Below are positions 1 to 13,219 of a stretch of DNA of 64,000 nt, piece by piece (the first letter of the stretch is position 1; the number at the start of each line of letters is the position of its first letter). The stretch is from Azolla caroliniana (taxonomy: Eukaryota; Plantae; Polypodiophyta). The translations under genes were made by a program, and so were the position numbers. The notes under the pieces were generated by a model, which ran no database searches, had not been told where the DNA came from, and saw nothing but the letters and a program-made list of their open reading frames with translations. Location: positions 24,056,001 to 24,120,000 of the forward strand of contig JBHGNT010000004.1 in the NCBI GenBank assembly GCA_043228905.1, read 5' to 3'.

Positions 1-13
1 CCTCATCGAGGAC

Positions 14-811
14 GTGATATGCCGGTACGGGTGCGTCGGGAAGATCGTGGCTGATCGCGGGGAGTTGGACGCCGAAGAGGCCGAGGAGTTGTTCGACCGG
101 CTAGGAGTCAAGCTCTCGCTTACCACTGCGTACAATCCGGAGGCGAATGGGAAGGTGGAGCGCGGACACGGACCGATCGTCAAGGTGTTACTTCGGGCAT
201 GCGGAGGGCAAGTCGGGAACTGGCCACGACTGCTGCCTTACGTGTTGTGGGCTGACCGAACTACGCACAGTTCGGTAACCGAATTCATGCTGGCAGAGCT
301 CATGTTTGGGCAGAAGCGGATCATGCCGATGGAACGAACGATCTCCTCATGGGCAACCGTGGACTGGAGAGACGAGATGAGCCGGGAGGAACTGTTGACG
401 GCGCGCATACGACAGCTCGAGCGAAGACCGGAGGACGTGGAGCAGGCTACGGAAAAGCTTCGGGTGGCAAGGATGAGGAACAAAGCCCGGTTCGACCGAA
501 CGCACCGGCTCCGACCGAAGAAGATCGAGGAAGGCTATTGGGTGCTAGTCTACGACAACAGCCTCGACAACCAGCACCGAGCGACACAGAAGTTCGCAAG
601 AAGGTGGTTCGGGCCTTACGTGGTACAAAGCGCCAACGACAACGGGACGTACCATCTAGCGGAATTCGACGGTACGAGAATGGCGATACCGGTAGCTGGG
701 AAGCGGATCAAAGCGTTCAAGAAGCGTCACGACGACGAGCCGGATCCGGTTGACCTAGACCGCGACGACGAACGATCCGAAACCGAGGAAGAACCGACGG
801 GCGGGGAATGA
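14..811 (+). CDS. Ty3/Gypsy integrase C-terminal part (element truncated by window start)
   Basis: rve core motifs (IVADRGE, YNPEANGKVERGH), GPY/F motif RWFGPY and an acidic tail; followed by a PPT and an LTR. Confidence 0.93.
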   Translation: MICRYGCVGKIVADRGELDAEEAEELFDRLGVKLSLTTAYNPEANGKVERGHGPIVKVLLRACGGQVGNWPRLLPYVLWADRTTHSSVTEFMLAELMFGQKRIMPMERTISSWATVDWRDEMSREELLTARIRQLERRPEDVEQATEKLRVARMRNKARFDRTHRLRPKKIEEGYWVLVYDNSLDNQHRATQKFARRWFGPYVVQSANDNGTYHLAEFDGTRMAIPVAGKRIKAFKKRHDDEPDPVDLDRDDERSETEEEPTGGE

Positions 812-884
812 AGGCTGGACCAGTTTTCTCCGTCCCAACTCAATTTGGCGCATGCCGATGGATGCGCGGTTAGGTGGGGGCGGA

Positions 885-1527
885 TGTCGTGAAGAAAACC
901 GTCCACAAGCGGAATCGGTGCGCCGGAGCGTAGGAACCGGCTCTTCTTGCACGTTGTACATAAGAGAGAATGTTGTACATAGAAGATCCTAGGCAGGTAG
1001 ATTCGGTAGGTAGGGAGTTAATGGGAAACGGCTCCTTCCTTGCCTATAAAAGGAGGGAGACGAGGAGGGGCGAAGGGATCGCGGAGAGTCGAGGACGAAG
1101 TGTTGTCGGTTTGTGGGCCGAAGACCTCTCTCTCTCTCTCGCTCGCAAACTCCGTAGCTTCTTGCTGTGTAGGTTTCGGGAGGCTCGCGCTGCTCTGAGG
1201 AATGCCCAAGTGCTTCCGGCAGCACCTCCAACCTACTCTTTCCTTTCTGTGCGTTTACGAACAGGCATCGGCATCTGTTCGCCGGCCTGTTCGGTTGTAA
1301 CCGACCACGTGTTTCTTGTTGCTTGTTTTGTTAATATATATATTTACCTACATTCGTGTCTCTCTGTGTCGGTGTCCCACTCGCGTCTTTGTGTCGAAGG
1401 GCCGTGTCCCTGTGAATCTACGCTCGCACGTGGTGGGTCCCCTCCCTTCTCCTTTCTCTCTTGCTCTTCGGTACAAGACCCCCGAGGTCCCGCCTCATTC
1501 CACGCATCCGCGAGGAATACCTCGACA
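885..1527 (+). mobile_element. 3' LTR of a Gypsy element (TGTCG...CGACA)
   Basis: Preceded by PPT GGTGGGGGCGGA. Starts TGTCGTGAAG and ends CTCGACA; TATAAAA near 1044 and (CT)n. Its end interrupts the integrase ORF of the minus-strand element and is followed by ACGT. Confidence 0.85.
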
Positions 1528-4345
1528 ACGTATTTTCTAACTTCTTAAAGACTTGTGTCCAGAAGTCACTAGTAAACTTTGGATCTCGATCACTCACGAT
1601 ATCCATCGGTAACCCATAAAAACGAAACAATTCGTCCACGAATTGGTAAGCCAATTCAGGAGCTGTTACCGTGGTTTTAGTAGCAATAAATCTGGCCATT
1701 TTAGTTAGTCGATCAACGACAACCCAGATGGCATCATGACCTTTTTGGGTGCGAGGAAGGCTAACAATAAAATCCATGGATATACTTTCCCACTTATTAT
1801 TGGGAATGTCCAAGGGATGTAAAAGTCCTGCGGCTTTAAGTCGCTCGGCTTTGTTAACCTGACACTGGTGACATTTAGTCACATAGGTATGTATGTGAGG
1901 ACGCATCTTAGGCAAATAAAATTGAGTGGAGATGAGAACGAGTGTACGATGTATTCCAGGGTGCCCTGCTGAGGGTGCATCATGGCATTCAAAAAGAATC
2001 CTCTTTTTGACCTCGGGTAAATCTGGAACACAAACCTTCCCATTACGGTAGAGCAAACCGTTAGCAATGTGGAAGTATTCCTTCAAGGATGTGGTGATGT
2101 CTGTTCCAGCCTCAACTCTTGCCCAGTATTTTGCGAAATAACTGTCATCAGGATACTTTCCTCGAAGGTGATCATAAAGATCTGATGATATTTCAGTGAA
2201 GCTAAGCGTGTTAACTTCACGGATGCGACTTAGTGCATCAGTGACAGTGTTCATGGAACCTTTACGATATCGTATGGAAAAATCAAAGTCCTGGATGAGA
2301 TCAGCCCATCGTGCCTTACGACCTTTCAGGTCTTGTTGGTCACAAAAATATTTCAAGGACTCGTGGTCCGTAGTTACCACAAAGTGATTTCCATAAAGAT
2401 AATGGCGCCATGTTTTGAGCGCACGTATAACTGCAAATAATTCCTTTTCTTGAACGGTATACCGACATTGAGCAGAATCAAGTTTCGTACTCTCGAATGC
2501 TATTGGTTTACCATCTTGATACAAGACAACACCTATAGCATAATCGCTTGCATCGGTTTCAACCTCAAAAGGTTTTGAAGGATCAGGTAAAAGAAGTGAA
2601 GGAGCCTTGCAAACCATGTGCTTGAGTTCCTTAAAGGCGAGGTCTAGTGTACCATTCCACACAATAGGTTTTGTAGACTTACGCGTTTGACCTTTTAAAA
2701 TATCAGTAAACGGTGTCGTAAATTGGGAGTAATTACGAAGAGACTTTCGCAAAAACCCGACAAAACCAAGGAATGATCGAACTTCTCGAATATTCCGAAG
2801 AGTGGGCCAAAGCTTGATTTTCTCAATGCGAGAAGGATCAATTTCAACTCCTCGTTCGGTTATGAGAGGTCTAAGATAAGTAATTGATTTCTTGAAGAGA
2901 TCACATTTTGAGATCTTCGCATAAAACTGTTTGTCACGCAATGTTTGTAAAACAAAGCGGACATGTCTAGCATGTTCTTGTAATGTACGGCTATAAACTA
3001 AAATATCATCCAAGAAAATAACGACAAATTTTCCAAGTTGTTCTCGGAAAATGTCATTCATTTCTTGTTGAAAAGTAGTCGGAGCATTGGTCAAACCAAA
3101 AGGCATAACCAAAAACTCGTAATGGCCATAGCGCGTACGAAATGCCGTTTTAGGAACATCGTCCTCACTTATTCGTATTTGATGGTAGCCAATACGGAGA
3201 TCAAGTTTCGTAAAATACCGAGCTCCTTGGAGACGGTCAATTAGATCGTCAGCCCGGGGCAATGGGTACGAATTCTTGATCGTCACTTTATTTAAGCGTC
3301 GGTAATTAATACACATACGCCATGTGCCCTCTTTCTTTTTAACCAAGAGAACTGGTGCACCCCATGGAGATCTACTATAACGTATATAACCCATTCATAA
3401 ATAGTCCTTGAGTTGCTTAGATACCTCATCTTCCTCGGATCGACTTAAGCGATACGGAGGTATACTTATTGGTGCAACACCAGGTACAATATCTATACGA
3501 TGGTCTATACAATATCTAAACCAGGACATTATCAATATTGTAAACGTGAATGTCCGGATCAAGTACACAATAAAATAACGTAGAACAAGACAACTCGGAT
3601 ATTGATGAACACGAGGAAACAATCGAGAGGGATTGTTTTTTTACACATTGAATAAAATGCGTACAATCGTTCAGTACAAAAGAAATGGAATGACGAACCC
3701 AATCAATAAATAAAGAAGAGTTTTTATTATAAAACATGGGATAACCCAGTATTACATCGGTGGTACAAAGATTCATTACATGGAAGTCTACTTCCTCTAT
3801 ATAAGTATCAATAGAAATTCCTAATGAATGAATCGCCCCGTTGATGTATTGTACTCTTCCATCAGCCAAGTCCACCGTGTAGGTGTGATCACTTATGGTG
3901 GGTTGGATTCCCCATATCTGAACCAAACGATCATTCAAAAAATTGTGTGAGCTTCCCGAATCAAATAAAAATTGTACGGGATATCCATTGATATACCCGT
4001 TTGCACGTAGTAAATCATTGGGACCCAATACATAGTGAGGGAAAGAACATTGACAATTACATAAATGATGTGTATAGACCTGAAGGACATTAGGAATCTG
4101 ACCTTTATGGTCTGCAGCTTTAGCTTTGTTGTCGTGCTCTTTCCGTTGGAGCTTTCGACATTGATCTTTTGTATGACCCTTCCTTTTGCAGAATACACAA
4201 AAAGGATGTTGTCGCTTACAATCGCAATCCAGGAATTCGTTGGGTGTCTTACGTTTCCCAACAAATTGCGACTGCTTACTCCCGGGCGCTTCGTTGGGTT
4301 TGTTATGGTCCTCTTGATATGTGAATCCTCACTTGAGCGTTTGTA
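1528..4345 (-). mobile_element. Degenerate chromovirus-like Ty3/Gypsy gag-pol (zinc knuckle, protease, RT, RNase H, integrase N-part)
   Basis: CVFCKRKGHTKDQC knuckle near 4160-4205; protease FDSGSSHNF; [15 protein letters not shown]; RH TDASDY; integrase H..H..CHQC and SMDFI. Premature stop at 3395, a frameshift, and truncation by the LTR at 1527. Confidence 0.92.
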
Positions 4346-7300
4346 ACCCATCTTTGTGAAATCGAATGTGCATTATGTGGCTTGTGATTGTAAATATGGG
4401 CCTTTTGAATCGAGGTCCTACGAGGAGTGGAAAAGTCTCAAACATATTCTTATTGTGGCTTCCATATCATTGATTATAACCTAACATTATCAACACATTT
4501 GTTGTTGGCAAGGTGTAACATGTCTACCTTAGTTTTGTGGGTCTATGTCGCTTTCAACAAACCCATGTCCTAATTGTGTTATGCTCTCCATGTAGAGCCT
4601 AACCTAAACGATCACAATTTGTAACCTATTGTTCCATGCACCTAGAGTGTTTATACATCTGAAACATGTTCACATACATAAGCTCATTCCTAGGATTTAA
4701 GAGCATGTTGTTTCTTGGGTCTCGCCACAAGTAAATAGGAGTGGAGAACCTCACATGGAAAGTCATAATATTGATCATTGTAAGGAAACATGAGGAAAAT
4801 TGGCATCGAGATGGCCACAAGGTTTTCTAGATTATAGCTTTTCCTTGTTTGTCATCTCTACCATACACACAAACTTGCATCCTTGTGATGTCAATAGTAA
4901 TGTAGTAATGCCAATGTCATTGAAAAATGTGACTCAATGTGAAGCATATGGTACATACTTAATATCAACTTGTTGCTAATAAATTAATAATTGCATCGTA
5001 GCAACCGGGATTCATTGCCATGCATATAAATGAGAATACTTCCCTGAGAACCAAAGTCCACGAGAAACAAGTTATATTCCCAACATATGGGACATGTTGG
5101 TGACATATATTGGTCATAAAACTAGTTGGGATAGTGTGGGTGGGAAGGGAAGTGTAGAGAAGATATCCACAAACATCCAAAATAATGTGGTAATAAGACA
5201 ATCACTTGGTAAAGATAAAAGTGAAAGCATTGTCTTAACATACCACCAAGAGTCTTTAGACATTTCCCACACTCTCCTAAGAATCGTTGAATGCTAGAAC
5301 ACTAAATATGTTGCAATGCCAACACACACACACACACACACAAGCAATGGGAGCTTCATCATTCCACATAAATGCATGCACACAACTCACGAAAGAGACC
5401 AAAAGACTAATGAATGGCTTAATTTGTGATGAGTCGCCAGGATTAATGGTTTTTGTGCAAAATTCATCCACCATCTCCTAAGCCACATTACCTCGAACAC
5501 ATCATGATCAACATTTTGCATAAACCCCCCTTTAGGAGTGTATAGGGTTCCATTCATTGTTTAAAGAAAACCTAAGGTGGTATGCCATTAGTGTTAGGGC
5601 ATTAATTATCATTTCCACTCATTGTCCATGTGCAAGGTTGTTGTGCGCCTTGTTTTAGCACTACTCTAGATACTAGTGTGTGTGATCTCAAAGTAAAGTG
5701 CTTGTTGTGTTGGACTCATTGTCTTTATCACCATGTAGATATGTTATTAGCACCAGTAAGGCTAAGTTCTCTTCTTTGGATCCCTTATTCAACATCCAAG
5801 GTATAACATAAAAGCGATATATTGGTGGGATGGGACTCCAATGATATTTTATTTACATCTCATGTCCTTCATTTGGGGGTGGTCGATGTGGTTAATCACC
5901 CATAATCTATTATTCTCCAAAATATCTAGCTATTTTGCTCATCATCAATTCAATCCATAGTAATGATAACATATTATCGCCTATAAAGTTACATCTAGTG
6001 TACACATGTACATATGGTAAACTTCTTGTGTATAATAGGTAAACGTGTAATTTTTCAACTCGTGCCTCACAATCTTGAGATTGCGGGTTCAAGTTTGTAG
6101 AAATGTTTTGTTCATTACGGAACATCTTCGTGTCTTACTCATCCTAAAGTGGGGTTTAGACTAGATGGTGCCCATTATATGTTCAAGCTTATATGGCATA
6201 GGAGATGGTAGACAATTTTGCATAAAATTCATTAAATAAATAGAATATCTACAAAAGTCATTCATTACTCATGGAGTTCATACCAACAACGAAAACTACA
6301 TTTGTGGGATGTAGAGAGATGTAGAGAGGAAGGGCATTTGTGGGATTAAAGAAGTGATGGAGGGGAGTGGGGGCATTTAGGAGAATAAGGAAACGCAGAA
6401 ATTTCCTTAGAAGTATACATCGTCGTGTAGGCGTTTGGTTTTCTTTCTTTTGCATCTTTTTTCCACGTTGTTTTTTCGCTATATAAATGTGTCATGTGTC
6501 TATGACATCATCTTGATGTCTTAATCCTCTCTTGAGCTTCTACCCATCTTTGTGAAATTGAATGTGGATTATATGGCTTGTGATTGTAAATGTGGACCTT
6601 TTAAATAGAGGTTCTATGAGTAGTAGAAAAGTCTCAAAAATGGTCTTATTGTGGCTTCCATATCATTGATTATAACCTAACATTATCAAGACATTTGTTG
6701 TTGGCAAGGTGTAACATGTCTACCTCAGTGTTGTAGGTATATGTCACTTTCAACAAACCCAATGCTCTCCATGTAGAGCCTAACCTAAACACGCACAATT
6801 TGTAATCTATTGTTGCCATGCACCTAGAATGTTTATACATCAACATGTTCACATACATAAGCTCATTCGTAATGCTTAGGATTTTAGAGCATGTTGTTTA
6901 TTGGGTCTCGCCACAAGTAAATAAGAGTGGAGAACCTCACATGGAAAGTCGTAATATTGATCATTGTAAGGAAACATGAGGAAGATTGGCATCCAGGTGG
7001 CCACAACATTTTTAGATTATAGCTTTTCCTTGTTTGTCATCTCTACCATGCACACAAACTTTCAGCCTTATGATGTCAATAGTAATGCCAATTGCATTGA
7101 AAAATGTGACTCAATGTGAAGCATATGATACATACTCAATATTCGCTTGTTGCTAATAAATTGATGATTGCATCATAGCAACCAGGATTCATTGATATGC
7201 ATATAAATGAGAATGCTTCCCTTGTGAACCAAAGTCTGCGAGAAACAAGTTATATTCCCAATATATGGGAGTTGTTGGTGACATAAGTTGGTCATAAAAC

Positions 7301-7502
7301 TAGTTGGGGTAGTGTAGGTGGGAAGGAAAGTCTAGACAAGATATCCACAAACATTGAAAATAATGCGGCAATAGGACAATCACTTGGTAAAGATAAAAGG
7401 GAACGCATTGTCTTAACATGCCACTAAGAGTCTTTAGACATTTCCCACACTCTCCTAAGAATCGTTGAATGCTAGAACACTAAATATGTTGCAATGCCAC
7501 AC
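4345..7502. repeat. Diverged direct duplication of ~1 kb (about 4345-5320 and 6541-7502)
   Basis: Colinear from ACCCATCTTTGTGAAAT to GCTAGAACACTAAATATGTTGCAATGCC in both copies. Confidence 0.9.
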
Positions 7503-8983
7503 TAAATAATTTGAGAATGAGACATTGGTTCATTGTTCTCCATATGTGCAAAAACCCAATTGAAGGAAGATAGACGTACTCCGGTTAGAGACATCCACAC
7601 TAAACTGATATACCTCCAAACCATCCTTGCCATCGGGCAGGAAATAAATCGATGCCTACTATGTTCCAATTCTACCGAACAAAAGAAACACAATCCTTTA
7701 GTAATGTTTCTTTTTTTTAATGCATCCCCCAATGGTAAAGCTCCAATCATAACTCTCCAAACAAATACCTTGGCTCGTAGCATTAATCGAGAACACCAAC
7801 CTGCCTTGATCACATGAAGCCACCAAGTAATGGGCTTATGAAACCCCCATATCTTTATAACCCTTTCTTCCAACCACTTATGATTGTTAATCAACGTGTG
7901 ATAAGCAACATTTGTTGAGATCATAGTCAATCTCTTATTTCCAACGAACCTCCAATCAAGCTCTTGACATCGCCCATCTAAATAAGGAATTGGCTCATAC
8001 GAAGACAATATTTGTTGCAACTTATCCCAAATAAAGGTATAACCTTTTGGAATACGAAATGTTGATCTGGTTGTTTGAAAAGCCATTAATTTTCTTTGTG
8101 ACACCAATATAGCATCCTTAATTGTTACCAAACCCAATCTAGCCATCCGATTAAATTGAAGGTTAAATATCTGCTTACCTTCCCACTTTAACAACCTTGA
8201 TGTCGCCAAAACCTCCATTTGTAATGAATTAGCACATCCCCTTTCTAGTGGGGGATGCCATTCCACAAAATCTAACATACTTTGCCATGATGTCAATAAA
8301 TGATCAACTATCATAGACCCTGCACATTTGACAACCCACATCAGAATTAATTACATTCCACCAATTTGCTTCAACCTTCATGTTTCCAAGCTTTATTTTG
8401 TTCTTCTCTATAAAATATGCCACCATTTCTGTCCAAGGTTGTACACCTTCAAACATAAATCGAATGAAAGTAAATCGGCGAGCCACCATATGCTCATATA
8501 GATTTAATATTGATGCCCCGCCAAGACGCTTCGGAGTACAAACATGATCCCATGCCAACCACGACAAGGCACTTTTCCTTTTCTTTTGCATAACATTCGC
8601 ATCGAGCGTGTCAATATTTCAAGAGCTTTCTTTGACCATGGGAGCAAAAGAAGATAATAAGATACCATAGAGACCATAATCAATTGGACCACCTTAAGTC
8701 GTACATGAAAAGGCCAAATTTGAGACCTCCAATACATAAACTTATCCTCCAACCTTTTGGACACCCGCTCAATAAGTTTCACATGAGAAACTTCTACCCC
8801 AATTGGATATCCAAGGTGACGAAAATTCATACCACGATGTACTATCCTTCCTGACCACCCCAACTCCAACACATCTTGTTCTGTACATGAAATGAGGACA
8901 GATTTATGTATATTAATTCTCAACCCTGAAGCATTTGAAAACAATTCCCACACATCTCTTGTCTTACTAATATTTTCCCACAC
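7502..8983 (-). mobile_element. L1-clade LINE ORF2 fragment (RT C-terminus to zf-RVT), frameshifted
   Basis: RHLGYPIG, WDHVCTPKRLGG, KVFVWR..GALP and CFFC..E...H.FISC spread over three overlapping ORFs. Confidence 0.85.
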
Positions 8984-9299
8984 ACATCCTTTTTACGCGT
9001 TGTTTTTTGGTTATATAAATGTTCTGTGTCTGTGATTCTATGTAAATCCTGTTTCTGTCTCTCTGTGTATGTGCGTGTACGTGTTCATTTCATCTGTAAA
9101 TTCTCGACCCCCCTACGACTGAAAGAAGCGTTTTTTTCTGCAGACCTTCATCATCTTCTTTTGAAGGATCTGAAGCTTTCTCCTCGGCCTCGATATTCAT
9201 ATATATTTCTTTCGATCGTGTTTTTCTAAAGAGGAATTCGCCTCTGTTTTCCATTGTCTCCTCCATACGCCAGTTTTTGTTCTTTTCTGAGAGGAATTT

Positions 9300-9621
9300 A
9301 TGGGGCATCATCATCGTCATGGCCATGGTGGTCATCATCATCATGGAGGGTACCCACAGCAGCAACAAGGTAATTTGAAAATTTAACCCCAATTAGACGA
9401 AGGGTATACATTACAATTTACACACATATTGTCCATTAATTGAATGAATGATTTGCGTCATGTTGCAAGTATTTTTCCTCCTTTGTAATGTTATTGTTGC
9501 ATTTGTTTTGTAGGTTATTATTATCCTCCACCACCGCCACCATAACAGGGGATTCTTAAAAGGATGCTTGGCTGCCTTGTGCTGCTGCTTTTTCTTTGAG
9601 GAATGTTGTTGTTGCATGTGA
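9300..9621 (+). CDS. CYSTM (cysteine-rich transmembrane module) protein, 2 exons (9300-9369, 9514-9621), apparent 1-nt frameshift near 9540
   Basis: MGHHHRHGHGGHHHHGGYPQQQQG|YYYPPPPPP, then in the shifted frame HNRGFLKGCLAALCCCFFFEECCCCM*; GT-AG intron 9370-9513; TATA near 9012. Confidence 0.8.
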
Positions 9622-12600
9622 AAGAAAGGCCTTCCAACACTAATTTTTAGCAATGTATAAAGTTTTATAGCTTGATTTCCATTCCATATGATAGTGATAC
9701 TCCAGTTGGATCATAATGTATGTACACACTTGATTAATGCAGTCTTAATCTCTTTTTGTTATATTTGTGTGTTAATTTCTGAAGAAGTTTGAGTGGTTAC
9801 ATGATGTTTATCATTGTGAAAATTTACATGATCGACAGTCAGCTCATTCCTTAATATCTTTTTGTTATGTTTGTGTGTTATGTCCTGAAGAAGTTTGAGA
9901 CGCTATACTTTATCATTGTGAAATTTTACATGATCGACAATCAGCTCATTCGGTCTCTTTTTTGAGCTGTGTGCATGTATGGTCGAATGAAGCTCCTCTT
10001 GTTTGTTGCTTGTTTGTTGCTGATTTTGGCATTCATGTGCTCCCTGTAACATATTTTCATGTTCTAGTACTTCTTGTGATGCCCAAGTCCATTCTGGATA
10101 TTTACAACATTGTTTTTTTTTATGTTAGTGTCTATTGAAATGAATGTCATTGATGAGATTCTACCCAAATGCCTACATTTTTGTTTACGATTTGCGGTTA
10201 CCATTACAAATTTACATAAACCCAATTTTAATTTACCTTTCTCCCCCCTATCATCATAACAAATTTAAAAGAATAGAAAATAGTTCGGTTAAAATCAATA
10301 GTCTACAGTTGAAAGAGTTTGTGCATGACGAGCAGAAAAATCAAATTCAATTCAATTGAAGAATAACCAAACAAGGAACTGCAATTTTAATGAGGAAACA
10401 AAACACATCTGTTTGCTAAGATTCCAACTCTTGGTCTCCAAATTGGCAAGAATTGCCATTAAGGTAGTGTTAACCACTTGAAGTTTCAGGGTGATGATGC
10501 ACAAATGACATGCATGTTATTGTGATCATGATGATGATATCTGTGAAGATGTGCAAAACATTAGCTTTTGGCTTACACTGCCAAATCTGCTTTAGCTTTT
10601 CTTGGTTTCAAATATTCAGAAAGCCACATAAAAGCAAGCATACCAGCCCAAAAACCCTCTCAATTGGTCACACCCCTCCTTGTTCCATGGCCCCACTTGT
10701 TATCACTTAAAATTTTTAGGCTCTTTGTACCACAGCTTTCATCCTTCCTCTTGATTAACAAGCATTTGATGGTAGGACGGGCTCTTTCCACTGCTAGCAT
10801 GAACATAGCGGGATTTATGCAGAAATCTCCAATGAAATGTTTCAGAAATATGAGTTTCTACTGTCTAAATTCAATGTCCCAATATGAGTTTATTTCATCG
10901 GCTACAAATATCCCAAATATCCCTGTAACGTGGAATTTTTTGGTATCTGTATTGCTCCCACTGGATTCATCCCAATGGTGTGTGTATTAGCACCTTGAGA
11001 ATTACAGTTTGGTGAGAGGGGCGAATTAGGTTTCATATTTCACTCTTTTTGAGGTTAATGGGGTTATGATTGAAATTTGAGAGGATAGTCAAGTGCAGAT
11101 AGTGGGGTACAAATTAACTTGGTAATGGAGCACACCATTTTCGAATCTAGGAAGAATCCCATTGCTTTCAAGGATCACAGTTTTGTGAGAGTGGTGCGAA
11201 TTAGGTTTATATTTCACTCTTTTTGAGGTTAATGGTGTTATGATTGAAATTTGAGAGGGTAGTCAAGTGCAGATAGTGGGGTACAAATTAACTTTCCATG
11301 TGACTTCTTTTCCTTGTAAGAATGATGGCAACACACTGTCTGCTTTGTAGTCTCTGAAGTGCATTGGAGAGAATATAAATCAACTCCCGCCTGATATTCA
11401 AAACTCCATTTAATGAAGGTTGTGGCATTTTCATGGTTGAATGAGCATTTTGTCATCACAAGAAATAATCCTCAAAACTTCATTACTAAAAATATGATAA
11501 TGGTGAAAGTCTCCACTCAGACATTGATCATTGCGATGGCAAGGATATCCTTCATATCACCACCACCCCCTTATGGGGGTCGAATATATTTTGCTAACCT
11601 AACATGTAAGCCTTGTTAAGGAGATCGTCACTCCTAGAATACATAGGCAGATGTATATACAGGCCTAGGAGTTACGTACTTTCCAGCTTCCAATATGTCA
11701 ATCAAAGTCTAGATAAGTTAAGTAAAAATTCTAGATATGATGATGATGCACGCAAGCTCTCTACTTGGACGTCACAATGTTTCCAACAGCAACATTCATC
11801 CAGAGTCGTCGCAACTTTTAAGGGATCTTTTGGATTCACTTTTATGAATATGAGTAAGATATTATAACATGTCACTCTCATGGTAAACATAAAAGATCAT
11901 CGCCACTTAACATCACATAGTCCCCAACTGCAACTGTCAATTCAGAGTCATAATTTATAATAACAATTGATATAACTTCACAACTACAATTAAGAGGTTC
12001 TTACTCTCTGATAAGAAATTTTAGCAGCACAATGAAAAGAAACTGGTGAATGTTACGATTCATCATAAACCGAACAATCCCTTAAGATATAAATTTGATC
12101 AGCATGATAAACAACTAGAACGTGCTTTATAATAACCTATACAACCATCCTGAATAACACAGAATCAGGCTATACTTCGTCAGCAAACGAGTGAATCACT
12201 CAACAAAAAATTTGACTATTGAAAGCTCAATTTTCGAATACTTGACTTTTTCGAATAGATTAGCCAACTAAAGAAAGAACTTAAAATTGAAAGCCCAAGT
12301 CACGTTGAAAACTCAGATGACCCTGACTACCAGAATCTTATATTAACCCCTGACTTTGTGAAACATGGACCAGGTAAAAGAAAAAAGAATTAAGATGGAA
12401 ACCAAAAAGAAGGGAAAATATGATCCTACATTTGTAATCATAATATCTATGAATCGTTAAATAAAAAAACAATACCCAGATACTCAACAGTACTCCAACT
12501 CCATCTTCTAAAACATGAGATACCATTAATCAGAATAAATAGCTCGTATTGAAAGCTCAGATAATTCCAATTAATGGCCCAGTTCAATGATTCAGCCTAA

Positions 12601-12667
12601 GCCGGAAAAAGAAATACAATCCGATATGTAAAATCCCATCAACACCAGACAACATGAATAAAACCAT

Positions 12668-13219
12668 CTACAGACCAAGCTTGGTCCTTCTCCAATGCCT
12701 CCTCTTTGCATTATATCTGATACAGAGAAACAAATTCACAAACTACAATAGAAAATTGAAACATTTACTAGTGTTTTTAGAGCGATAATGTTCGCATAAA
12801 TGTAACAATTTAGAACAAGACGATTGAAATACCTGATAGTGTTATCAGTTCTCATGCGGATCCAGTGTGGAATAGGCCTATTCTGGCGTTGCTTCTTCGC
12901 TAGCTTCTTCTTGATGATGAAGGTCTTGTGAGAAGGCTGCACATAACAAGAAAACAAAGAGAAAGGCATCAACGTCGTGGACGATGACAAATCGAAAACC
13001 GAAATGCGAGCTGGATGATGCAGGAATCTTAAATATAGATATAGAAACCCTAACGAGATGAAGAAATCCTTGCTATAGGTTCAGAAACCGTAACTGCAGA
13101 AACAGAGATTCTGAGACGTATCGACGCATAATGTCGCCTAATTACATTAAGAAATTCCAACAATGTATGGATGGACGGGGGCGGGGAGACAGACAGACAG
13201 ACAGACATCCACTCACCAT
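12668..13219 (-). CDS. RPL39: 60S ribosomal protein L39 (eL39), exons 13217-13219, 12833-12936, 12668-12716
   Basis: Spliced product [51 protein letters not shown] (51 aa) with canonical GT-AG introns. Confidence 0.97.

Noticed and set aside
970-1548. 192-aa ORF
   Set aside because: Lies within the LTR, includes (CT)n, and has no recognisable domain
4345-7502. The ~1-kb direct repeats as LTRs of a TRIM or LARD
   Set aside because: No TG...CA ends, PBS, PPT or TSD found; better explained as a tandem duplication
9760-11300. Short local tandem duplications (9760-9950, 11005-11300; similarly 41000-41110 and 57290-57620)
   Set aside because: Ordinary diverged local duplications with no further structure
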